DNA of 61,401 nt, filler included, from Circinaria calcarea (lineage: Eukaryota): the NCBI GenBank assembly GCA_051942165.1. It is 9 parts of 9 records of this genome, joined end to end, with 100 filler letters (N's around TTAATTAATTAA, not from the genome) between each part and the next. Parts side by side here need not be neighbours in the genome. Positions count along the whole stretch, not along the records: positions 1 to 6,750 come from JAVECS010001501.1; positions 6,851 to 13,590 come from JAVECS010001502.1; 7 more parts are not named here. One strand, 5' to 3'. The notes beneath the pieces were generated by a model. The model ran no database searches and was not told the DNA's origin. It was given only the letters and a program-made list of their open reading frames with translations. This document shows, in pieces, positions 1 through 10,874 of this stretch (its first letter is position 1; each line of letters begins with the position of its first letter). The translations under genes and the position numbers were made by a program.

Positions 1-476
1 TCCCACGTTTCGAAGGTGTGCGGCCCATGTTCAGCAAGAAGCCGGTAGGCCTCAATGCATCCCGTACGATGGTCATAACGTGCAAGTACCACCTGCCCAA
101 CCAAAGTGCTTCCGGTATGTGCCTTGTCCGAATACCAGATTTTGTGCTTCGGGAGGAACCAGTAGGGATGATGGGCTTTGTAAAGCTCCCGCCACGTATT
201 GTAATGAAACGGCTGTCTTGGAAGCACAAACAGGTTCTGCGCAACGAACGCAGCCCATAAAAGGTCGTTTTCCGTATGAGAGCGCAGGAGGTGACAGGTT
301 GCCGACGTTGCAAGGAGCGCAGAGGGTGGTAGGTTCCTGAGGATCTGATCAATGATCTCACTGGGCAGCTTCAGCAACGCGGAAATATCCGGGGTCGACT
401 TGGGCATTGCGAGCTGTGGTTCCGGGGGAATACTCGTGGCGGAGGAGAGGGTTAAATAGTTGAGGAGCCTCTCCAT
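1..476 (-). CDS. F-box protein (FBXO31-like fungal family), 3'-truncated at the window edge
   Basis: Manual minus-strand translation from ATG 476 (not in the ORF track): MERLLNY...LLKLPSEIIDQILRNLPPSALLATSATCHLLRSHTENDLLWAAF (F-box), then HHPYWFLPKHKIWYSD and ARYDHRTGCIEAYRL. The frame is open to base 1. An alternative in-frame start lies at 407. Confidence 0.8.
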   Translation of the reverse strand, partial: MERLLNYLTLSSATSIPPEPQLAMPKSTPDISALLKLPSEIIDQILRNLPPSALLATSATCHLLRSHTENDLLWAAFVAQNLFVLPRQPFHYNTWRELYKAHHPYWFLPKHKIWYSDKAHTGSTLVGQVVLARYDHRTGCIEAYRLLAEHGPHTFETW

Positions 477-1757
477 CGTGCCGACCGAACGCTCCACCTG
501 CTGATCTTGGAGCTCCCGCCGTAACTCCGTATGGCGGCAACGATGATGATGAGTAGACTGGCCTCGGCTTATCTTAGCGTATGCTTGTTCATGGGGGTGT
601 TTTTCGAGCAGATGCAATTGGGAAGGTCGAGATTGAAGGGAACTTCCATCTTGAGTTCTACTAGGCGCATTGGGCGTATGGGCCTTCTGCGAAGAGACTG
701 GATGTTGTGGTCGAGCGTCTATGAATGGTGCTGGAGGAGAGCAGTCGGGACGGTTGGTTGGTTCTCTTTCGGAAGGTGAGAGCAAGTGAGGTTGAACGAG
801 AACGATTCCAATCAGATTCCCTTTACGCTCGCACCGATATCGGGCGGAATGGCAAAAGCTCGAGGGACTGGTTTTATTCACTCTGCTCGTACGAACTATA
901 CAAGTTTCGACATAGGTACGCTCGCTAGCCCCTCTTACATTCCGCCCTCACCTTCTTCTTGGGGGATACTGCAGCCTGACTGCATAACGGCTCGGTAACA
1001 TGATTCAGCCTATGGGACCAGCACCCGACATGTTTCTGGGGAGCAGGTCAGACTACACTCAAGAAACTCATTCACATGCTTATGACGGCAGCGACCAGAG
1101 CATAGTTTCTTGCAATGTAGCATGAGGCTAAAGGCAGTGTTTGCATGAGCGGAAAACTGTGCCCGATTTCCAGGCTCTAAAGCCAGCCCTATGATAAACG
1201 AAAACCTCATATCCGCTGTTCCCGTGCAGCTTCGGATGCCATAACAACCCTTGCATAACATAGGTAAAAAAAAAGACTCTAATAGGCGGGAGATGGCTAG
1301 TAGCTTGGCTAGATGTTGCCCTTAAAAACGTGTGAAGCGGACATAGATCCTCCCAAAGGCGCTGTCCGTCATAACCGTTGCGGCTTGTTGACCATATGAA
1401 CCATACTGAAGCTCAAATAAGTAAAAACCCCTGAACCAGACTCCCCTTTCCAGTCACATTTCGTCTAACAGACGTCCAACGCCCTAACTATCCGGATGAT
1501 CCAATATTTGTTAAAATAGTTATGATAATAAATAAGAAAAATTTAATAAAACGTGAATATTTAATGTGAGGCCGTAGGATACTTTATTTGGAAATTACCT
1601 AAGGCGAAGGTATATGGTAATGAGAGGCAGGAAAAGTATATACGAGAACCTATCATTATAGAAGAAGAAATGTGTGCGAGAAAGGTTTTCACTATACGCC
1701 AAGACGCCAACTAAGCGAGGTATCGCCCACCTAAGCGTAGGGCATGACAAAAATAGG

Positions 1758-4700
1758 CTATATACCGGTAGATGTGCTTGTCTGGCTGCGGGACCATGCC
1801 CTAAGCAGTTGCACCACGGCCTCATGCCCCCTCGTAGTTGCCCAATCCAGCGCTGTCCGTCCCTTTATATCTTTAGCCTCGATATCTGCCCCTTTCTCCA
1901 GCAGCAGCCGCACTACGGCCTCGTGCCCGTTAGAAGCTGCCGTATGTAACGCTGTCCATTCCCATTTATTTTTAGCCTTGATATCTGCCCCGTTTTCCAG
2001 CAGCAGCCGCACCACGGCATCATGCCCTTTCAAAACTGCCTTATCCAGCGCTGTTCGTCCCTGTATATTTTTAGCCTCGATATCCGCCCCTTTCTCCAGT
2101 AGCAGCCGCACTACGGCCTCGTGCCCAAAAAAGGCTGCCGTATGCATTATTGTCCATTCATTTTCATTTTTAGCCTCGATATCTGCCCCGTTTTCCAGCA
2201 GCAGCCGCACTACGGCCTCATGCCCCCTTAAAGCTGCCCTATATAACGCTGTCTGTCCGTCTTTATCTTTAGCCTCGATATCTGCCCCGTTTTTCAACAG
2301 CAGCCGCACTACGGCCTCGTGCTCAAAAGAAGCTGCCATATGCAGCGCTGTCCATTTATCTTTATCTTTAGCCTCGATATCTGCTCCTTTCTCCAGCAGC
2401 AGCCGTATTACGGCCTCGTGCCCAGAAGAAGCTGCCTGATATAATACTGTCTGTCCGTCTTCATCTTTAGCATCGATATCTGCTCCTTTCTCCAGCAGTA
2501 GCTGTATTATAGCCTCGTGTCCAGACAAAGCTGCCGCATGCATCGCTGTCCATTTATCTTTATCTTTAACCTTAATATCTGCTCCCTTCTCCAGCAGCAG
2601 CCGTATTACGGCTTTATTCCCCTTAAAAGCTGCCTCATGCAGCGCTGTATGTCCGTTTTCATCTTTAGCATCGACATCTGCTCCTTTCTCCAGCAGCAGC
2701 TGTATTATGGCCTCGTGCCCACCCTCAGCCGCCCAGATCAGCGCCGTCTTTTTCCTGTTGTCGATTTTATTCAGATAAAAAAAGCGCTTCACTTTATTTA
2801 TCGAACCATTTTTAAGAAGAAGATTCTCAGCAAGCGGCAGAATGCCCAGCCACGAAGCTATATGCAATAATGTAAATGAATGTGGTAGAATATAATATTC
2901 TTTTTCAGCCCAATACGTTTTTAGCCAAGACTCTCGAACTGGAGACCTCTTATGGTAGAAGGGAAGTGATAAATCAAAAATGCTTTCGGAACGAGCTAGA
3001 GATCTTGCATGTTCGGGCCAATGGAGTACAGCATACGAAAGCAGTGGGAAGGCTTTCAAATGTGAGGCGTCCGTCTTCAGATTGACCTGACCAGCTGCAA
3101 GAGCGCCGTTTTGCAGGTAGTCCAAACATTTTCTTGCAATCTCAAGGTTCGAAACCTCTTCTTTGACACGGAAAAATTCTAGCTCAGGATTTGAATCACA
3201 GGATTTGCGCAGAAGATAATCCTTAGCCGATTGATGGATAAGGTCGATTTTGTTATCTTTGATTTTTAGAAAGTATCCACAATATGACACTTGGTCTGTT
3301 ATTACTTTATCTCGACTGAAAATACCAGGAGTTCCGACATTGGTCTCAATCGCAACGCTCAGCTCCGAGAGGGTCAAAGGGCGAACAGCCATAACAACCC
3401 AGCGTAATATCCTAGCAGCAATTTCTCGTCGATTGATATCAATCCGGAGTAGCATGCGGGCATATAGTTCATCCAACCCTGATGGGAAAAGGTCCAAGCC
3501 ATTTTCGACTTCGGTCGCTTTGTATTTCTGCAGCGCTTTGGCTACAATTCCTATCCAAAGGAATGTACCTTGCGCACGATTCTGGAAAATTTCTTTCACA
3601 AGTACACGTAATGGGTCCGGGTATTGTTTGCGTGCAGAGAGCTCGTCAACCTTCATCTCGATGAATCGATGAATATCGTTGTTGACATCAGCCTCCGCAT
3701 CCGGATCTAAACGAATGCGAGGGAAGCTTGATAGTAACTCTGGTATAAATTCTGGAAGATCTCGGCTGACAACAATCAAGTTGAGGCGGCAGGCCGACGA
3801 TTCATTGGTTTTCGCAGATAAGAGAGCCGCGAATTTCCCAAGAAGCACTTCTAACAAATCTGCGTCGCATTCGTCGAGACCATCCAGAATGCAATATGTA
3901 GTACCAAGAATAGGATCACAGACCATACTCTCGAATATTTTCCAAAGCGTAGGGAATGATGAACCAGTAAATAGAGATTCCTTTTGTATCTTGAAGCTTG
4001 GTAGGATGTGATTGATTAGTTTCGGGCGTGATTGTAAAAGCTGGAAAATCAGTCCTCTGATAACAGTGACAGCTGTCTTACGTTTCTCGTCCTTGCTATC
4101 GCAGAAGTATTGTAGGAACAATACGTTTTGAGAGTTCTTCGCGGTTCGCTCAAGCTCTTCAGCGAGGAAGATCGAAAGCATGGTTTTACCTTTACCAGGG
4201 CCACCAGACAGCCATAGTAGCTGAGAATGAGAGTGAAGCCACGAAATATATAACTTGTTAGATTTAACCCATTTGCATGTGCCGCTAACTCTTGAGCCTT
4301 TTGCTTGTATAAGCTGCTCTCGGTCGACCTTTGGGTCGGTTAGGAATAGTGCAGTCAAGCAAGTCCCAGGTTCATCTTCCATCAAGCCTTTAAGTATTTT
4401 AATTAGCATTGTATACTAAGTATAGAAACAAAAATATAATAAAAGCTTTAATTTTGATGTAAGAAGCAATCCCATAAAACGTAGATAGCTCGTAAATTGG
4501 CAAAGAAAAAAATTCGCGCTATTGAAACTCAGCGCGTACCGAAGGACATCGCGCCACCACCAGAGTTGTATTGTTGCGCATTACCCTGAGCGACATATTC
4601 CCCCTGAGCATTGTATTGGGTACCCGATCCACTATTTGTATTCGTGAAACCAGTCTCCTGAAACTCATGCTCGGGGACGGAAGGTTGGATAGCCGACACT

Positions 4701-5170
4701 TCTGTAATAGCCTTGACAATCTGCTCTTGTTGATCCTTGGTCGCGGTTTTCATGCCACGTTCACAGGCCAAGAGTTGTACGTCCTCCAGCATTCCTTTCA
4801 TCAAGTTCTCCACTTCATTTCCTTTCCCATATGCCTTGACTGCCTTATAGTATCGCTTTAACCCCGAGGCACCGTCTGTAGAGATGGCCTTGCGGAACAG
4901 ATCATCCAGCTGCTTGGCCTTCTTTTCGCAAGCCTCAACAACGTGCTTCACTCCCTCACACGAATCTCCATCGACATCTCCCCTATTAATATGTTGCTGT
5001 GTTGAACCCAAGATATTGTCGACGATTGGAAGTCGACCTGCGACTCCGCGAAAAGCTTCAGGAAGGCCTTGCGCATTTGTTGCGGCGTCGTAGACTTGCT
5101 TGATCCCATCGACAACTGCAATGATAGACGAAATCACCCCCAATACGGCGATAGCTTCAGCGCCTGACAT
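1758..5170 (-). CDS. Fungal NLR: SesA (HeLo-like) - sigma amyloid motif - NACHT - ankyrin repeats; 2 exons (5170-4540, 4387-1758), 1086 aa when spliced
   Basis: Exon 1 begins MSGAEAIAVLGVISSIIAVVD...GLPEAFRGVAGRLPIV (SesA-type N-terminus). Intron 4539-4388 has donor GTACGC, branch GCTAAT and acceptor AAG, and rejoins in frame (G|GC). Exon 2 has Walker A GGPGKGKT, Walker B YCILDGLDEC, AQGTFLW, LIHQSAKDYL and 10 ANK repeats. Confidence 0.88.
1790..2766 (-). repeat. Ten 99-bp (33-aa) highly similar ankyrin repeat units
   Basis: Repeated GHEAVVRLLLEKGADIEAK with near-identical DNA (tttagcctcgatatctgcccc...ttctccagcagcagccg) at 99-bp spacing. Confidence 0.95.
4538..4651 (-). other. Sigma-type amyloid signalling motif
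   Basis: GFTNTNSGSGTQYNAQGEYVAQGNAQQYNSGGGAMSFG: N/G/Q/S-rich, with a repeated Q-Y-N pseudo-repeat and a terminal FG, directly after the SesA domain. Confidence 0.8.
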
Positions 5171-5932
5171 AATGTGGTTGTGAGAAAATGGTCCAAAGAG
5201 GACGTCCTAGACAGTCCGATTAGCACTAAAAAGAAACACTTGAATGGGTACCTTTACAGGAAATGTCTGAGACTATTATAGATGCGAAGGTGTTGAGACT
5301 GAATACTGAAAGATCAGCGGTAGCGGCCTCGTCCGCCACCAACTTAGATCTAAAAAAGCGGGAAAAGTTGTCGCTTTATGCTTCAAGGACTAGTAAAAGA
5401 GGTAGAAATATTGCAGTGACATCAATACAAATTGGTAGTGCTTCATATATAATATAAAGAGGAAAATCAATGTGGGCATAGCTCTACATAACATAATAGT
5501 AGTAATTCGTGCAAATACTATGGGTGTTGAACCCCTGTAGACCTTGCATACTCTATATGCGTGCTGTGTGTGCGCCAAGTCATAGTAGCTTGAATTGAAT
5601 AGCATGAGGCTGGATCGTGACAGTAAAAGGGTGATAAGGTGTCAGAGAGGATGGGGGATAGCCAATCAGCTTGCTTGTGGGCCAAGGCTGAAGGTGCCAG
5701 CCAAGCTTGAGATGTTGACTGATTGGCACGTAAGCGAGCCAATGAACTGCCAAGTGAAGCGCAAAATATGTGGCTTATGAGTTTTTTATTTACAGAGTAA
5801 AGAATAGACTATCACGTGCTCTTTGAAAGCTGATGGGGGGAGTCCTAAAGGGGACTAGAATAGACCACAATGGCTGTAAAATGAAAGTAAGTTCTTCGTA
5901 CGCCCCGCATACTCAGATCCGCCCTGTATTAA

Positions 5933-5972
5933 CCGTACCCGACTAAGCTTCCGGAGGCTTAGTCGGGTACGG
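5933..5972. repeat. 40-bp near-perfect palindrome
   Basis: CCGTACCCGACTAAGC-TTCCGGAG-GCTTAGTCGGGTACGG: perfect 16-bp arms, and the centre contains the palindrome TCCGGA. Confidence 0.9.
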
Positions 5973-6603
5973 GTATGGTATGTTGTCTCTGTGAATGGAG
6001 ATAATACAGAGTAGCGCAAGTAAACCCACAACCTCCTGCAATGTCTTCAAGACGGAACCCCAAACAGCCGTCAGGCGCGCTGTCACGTGGGGACGCTCCT
6101 CCCGACCAAATCGACTCAGCTTCTCATCCTTCTTTCAACCCATGCCCCCAATACAGTAAAATTGTCGCTCGGTCATGAACTTGGATCAGGTAAACCATCT
6201 GACCTATTGAAATGACAAAATCCCTCGAAAATGATTCTTGTCGAGGGAGTAGCTGCCTGGAGTTTGAAACCACAAGATCCAATTAATCTTGTTTTCTCGG
6301 CGCGAAGATCGCGTTTTCTTATCTTAGCGCTAACTGGGGAGGGTTTTGGACCGGGGTGCTTCTGTTTGTTTACACTGTGTTGAGTTTTATATGGTAGCCT
6401 GCTGCCTACCACAAACACATGATTTGAGTCACGTATCATCACCGTGTTTCTCTCATATCCAATTCTTCTTCAATGAGAATTCTCTCAATTCTCCTACAAC
6501 AGTCGAACTACGTGACTGGAATTATTCCTCTTCAAGCTTGAATGTAAACAAGCAGCAACGCTTTATTACGTCCAATCTCTTCAACATATATATTGGTTTG
6601 GAG

Positions 6604-6750
6604 ATGACTAAATCTATGCACCAGCTCACCCAAGACGACTTGGACGATGATAGACCCATCGCGGTGCGTCGAAAGAGGCGCATGAGCACAGCACTGGCGA
6701 GCCCCCATCGAGAAACTCAAGCCAACTCTTCTGATCGAGGAGCACCAAAT
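6604..6750 (+). CDS. Probable 5' end of a hypothetical protein, cut by the contig end
   Basis: MTKSMHQLTQDDLDDDRPIAVRRKRRMST..., open up to the gap. Confidence 0.4.
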
Positions 6751-6850
6751 NNNNNNNNNNNNNNNNNNNNNNNNNNNNNNNNNNNNNNNNNNNNTTAATT
6801 AATTAANNNNNNNNNNNNNNNNNNNNNNNNNNNNNNNNNNNNNNNNNNNN
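6751..6850. other. Artificial contig-joining spacer
   Basis: N44-TTAATTAATTAA-N44 (stops in all six frames). Confidence 0.98.
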
Positions 6851-7463
6851 CCCCCCCCCCCCCCCCCCCTCTTCCTCTAAAACCGCGTAAAAACGGACGA
6901 TAGACATCTAATCTCATCTTCTTCGTCCCCACACCCTATGACGCCAAGTAAACCAGATCTCCCCATACCCAATGTCCCTCAGATCTGATCAATTTCTCTA
7001 CCAGCCGGGCGATGATGGGGGAGAGGTGAAGCTGGCGGGCAATGAATAAAGCTCTGATATTGGTCACAAGGCTTCCCGCCTGCGTAGCCGGGGAGGTTGT
7101 TAGGTTTCTGGGGTTGAGAAGGAAGCGCGGGTGGTTTTGCAATTGGATGAGGTTACGGTTCCCATGCTGCGTCTTGGTACTGGGAAGGCTCGTTTGCGTG
7201 TGTCGGGGTGAGCAGGGTTTTGCTGATGGGAGGGGGATATGGAAGGGGGGCCGGTTGGAGAGGTGGTGGATTTGTGGAGATGGTTCTATGGGGGTCTTAG
7301 CTTTTCCTGTGTAGAGTAGAGCGGGTCTGGATGTTATTGGCGTGCTTACCGTGGATGTGTGACTCAGTGTGAAGAAAAGATTTACGCAAGGATATCAAGG
7401 AATTCCTTGCCGATCAGGGGCAACCAAGGATCCTGTCGAGAGATGTGCAGCGATATCCTTTCC

Positions 7464-8346
7464 TCATCTCCTCCGGTCATCTCTTCTATCGCTGTGTCTG
7501 TCTCTCCGTTGAGGATCTGGCGAATAGCTGCGACGACGGGGCCTCCTGGATGAGTATTCGTCTTCTCGACGTCGTTCGTAGCTCCGCGATCTTAATCGCC
7601 TCTTTGTGATTCTGTCCCTCGACCTCGAACGATGCCGCCGATGTAATCGATGATGATCTTCGTCATGCCTCCGGCGATGGCGCCTACTCGATTCTCTCTC
7701 CCGACTAGTATCAGCCCTCCTCTTTGCCCGCTTCGCCGCTCCGCCTTCCAACCCTCCCTTCTCCCCGACATAGCCCATCAATCTCTCGCTGGTGTCTGCT
7801 TCCGCTTTTGCCGGACCGACGTACGCTCCAAACCCAACCCCTTTTCCCCCTTCTTCCTCATCTTCTCCCGTCTCCCTGATAGCTTTCTCCACCTCCTTTG
7901 GTCCCGCCAACTGGTTATCCCTGATTCGTGGTTCTACAGTGAAACCGAGAGCGGCACTTAGAGCATCCTGTTCGGCCTCCTTGATCCTTTTGATTTCCTC
8001 AGCGCGCGCTTTGGCGGCGTCTTGGGCGGCTTGCGAATCGTCGCCTTTGGCGTACCAGGAGAGGTCTTTGTTCTTTTGCCAACGACCGACGGCTAGAAGT
8101 TCAGGACCGAGTCAGCTTCTGCTTCGATTGTGATTCCTCGGATAGGAGCAGCGAGAGTAACGTACGGGCCATGAGGGAGTGGCCGAGGTAATTCTCGCGG
8201 TGCTGGTCATCTTTGACATCTTCCCACTTGAATTCGGCGCGGCCTCCACTGTTTGTTGAAGCAGGTTAGCAGGAGTGGTTTGGACGATCACCGGACAAGA
8301 GTACATACCGGCTACCCTCCTTTCGCACACCAGCTACCAGATCCAT
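7464..8346 (-). CDS. MMTAG2-like protein; 3 exons (8346-8309, 8248-8166, 8092-7464)
   Basis: Spliced translation [56 protein letters not shown]..., with an RS/RD-rich tail. Introns GTATGT..CAG and GTACGT..TAG. Confidence 0.9.
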
Positions 8347-8785
8347 GGCTTGTAATCACCGCTTTTCTTTAACGTACAATATCCAATGCAAATATAGAAA
8401 GTACAATCCCTGTACTCTTCGTACCGTCTTTAAGCGCGCTTGGAAATACTACTGAAGAGGCGTGTTTATGGAATACGACGTAGTAACGTCTTTTTCTAGT
8501 AGCACTACGGAGCACTGAGCCAGATGAGGAACCCTAAGCGATAAAAACTATTCTAAGCATCTGTCTAGCGCTTATCTCGGGAAAAGCTGCCGCGATAAAC
8601 TCGATGACCCAAAATTCGCCGAACCAAATCTCATCAACGTGACAAAACCTCGCAAAGGGCAATCACCAAAGCGACAGTAGACGAGCCGTGAGATGATAGC
8701 CTAACCTGCTACGGAATTTGGAAGCAATTACGAGGTACCGGGACCATCGTCACTTCGTCCTCGACCCACAGTAGGCTTTAGCAGC

Positions 8786-9846
8786 ATGGCTTCAGACGAG
8801 ATTGTGTGGCAAGGTACCTTTGAGTTCCACCTTTTTGCTTTTCATGCTGATACCAATACGCGCTCATAGTGATCAATCAATCTTTTTGTTCATTTAAGCT
8901 CAAGACTACGAAACTGCAAACTTTTTGTCGCAACGAACACAATGTCACCGGCCTTTGCAATCGACAGTCATGTCCTCTTGCAAATTCCAGATACGCTACT
9001 ATCCGCTCTAACCCCGAAAGCGGCACACTTTATCTTTACATGAAGACGATCGAGCGAGCGCACATGCCGTCGAAACTGTGGGAACGTGTCAAGTTATCCC
9101 AGAACTATGGCAAAGCGTTGGAACAGATTGACGAGAAGTTGATCTACTGGCCAAAGTTCCTTGTTCACAAATGCAAGCAACGCCTCACGAGGCTTACCCA
9201 AGTGGCGATCAGGATGAGGAGGCTAGCCAAGGAGGAGGAGAGGCTAGGAGAGAAAACCGTACCAAGGCTTGCGCCGAAGATCCGCAGGCGAGAGGAGACA
9301 AGGGAGAGGAAGGCAGAAGCGGCGGCAAAGGTGGAAAGGGCAATTGAAAGGGAACTCATTGAGAGGCTAAGGAGTGGGGCGTATGGAGACAGGCCGTTGA
9401 ACGTGGAAGAGGGGGTTTGGAAAAAGGTGCTGAGGGGCTTAGAGCGTGGGGGCGAAGGAGTGCGGGATGAGGACCTGGATGACGGTATTGAAGAAGACGA
9501 GGAGGAAAAGGAAATTGAAATGGAAGAAGAGGGCATTGGTGAAGTGGAGTATGTTAGTGACCTGGACGAAGAAGAAGAAGAGGATTTGGGTGATCTAGAA
9601 GAGTGGTTAGGGGGAGAAAGTGAAGACGGGGAGGGGACAAGTAATGACGATGAGGAGGAGGATGATGAGAGCGGGAACAGTGACGAGGACAGCGCCAAGG
9701 ATGACTCCACCCGGAAGAAGCTAACGGCCGGTGCGAAGAGGAAGCGTGGAGCAGCTCCGGCCATAGCGAAGAAGAAAGGCCCTCGGATGGAAATCGAGTA
9801 CGAAGAAGAGAATGCGGCACCTGTTCGGGAGGCACTGTATGCCTAG
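8786..9846 (+). CDS. MAK16: 60S ribosome biogenesis protein Mak16; intron 8814-8869
   Basis: [19 protein letters not shown]...[26 protein letters not shown]...[11 protein letters not shown]...[15 protein letters not shown], followed by an acidic tail. Confidence 0.96.
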
Positions 9847-10874
9847 AGGGTTCCCGTCTGTCAAGCTTTCTGCTGCATTGTGAGACACAAGGCATCCGGA
9901 TCGACTGTAGGGCATAGCTGGGCACAGCTGGCCATCTCTGGCAAGTGCAAAATTCTCGGGCTTTGGGGCTTGCATGAAAATAGAAGAAGAATCGAAGGAA
10001 AATAGAACGTCTCGCTTCGATCACATCATGCTTATCGCGTAATCATGCAAGAATGGAAAGTGCAACAATCTGGTGAAGTCGCATCGCACGCCTTGGCGAG
10101 AAAAGGCGGTAATGGGGCATGCCCGGGGCCTTTGATCGGTCAGAACAAGATGAACGAACCATGCCCCTGTTGATCGGTTTCAGCCAATCTGATATAAGCA
10201 TCATCTTTCCAAAACGTGCTCATCCTTGCGTCTTACCCTCCCGCTAAGCCGGATCCGAGCAAGATCGAGCTCAGCCCCGATCAGCCTCCACCAAAGGAAA
10301 GCGTAGCTCCCCCCCCCTCCTCCAAAAATAGGCGAAGCGGAGCTGACCAGAGCCGGAAGCCCAATGGTCCATTGTTTCACAGCTGCAGAGTCGGTGCATC
10401 ATCTCGTCTCTGCCTTCGTGTTTTCTGCACTGCTGTACCTTAGATAGGTACCTGAGGCATGCAAGGGGAGCCAATCCCCGCCCTCTCCGTTGACCCTTCC
10501 ACTTCCACCCAGACCGCAACCACGCCGCCGAGAGAACCAGGTACCGGGTCTCCACCAGGCACTGCTCGTGGTGCGGTGAGACTGACATTGGGTGTGTCAT
10601 GCCGGCGGGTTGCCCTAGCTGCCCTAGAGAGCTCATGCTGCCTGGCTTCTCGTCTGTATATATCCATCCTCTTGAGTCCTCCTCAATGGTCCATATCTCA
10701 GTTTCATCGCATCTTGTCTATCGCATTGGCATTTTCTCATTATCTAGCGATCTCGTCCTTTTCCTTGCTCATCTAACTGTCTCAACTACACTTTTCCTAC
10801 ATCCCACCTAGCCGTTCAACTGAAGCATTTCATATCGTCCAATTCGTTTATCGCATCTCCCCACATCCATTACA

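Noticed and set aside
1744..2439. 231-aa plus-strand repetitive ORF (ASISAPFSSSSRTTASCP)
   Set aside because: Antisense shadow of the ankyrin repeats.
1790..2766. Regular conserved/variable alternation resembling a CRISPR array
   Set aside because: These are 99-bp in-frame ankyrin units inside a eukaryotic CDS, and no cas genes are present.
6795..6806. TTAATTAATTAA recurring every ~6.8 kb as a possible biological repeat
   Set aside because: It is always centred in 88 Ns; it is a synthetic six-frame-stop linker.
9165..9764. Ser-rich minus-strand ORF
   Set aside because: Antisense of the acidic tail of MAK16.
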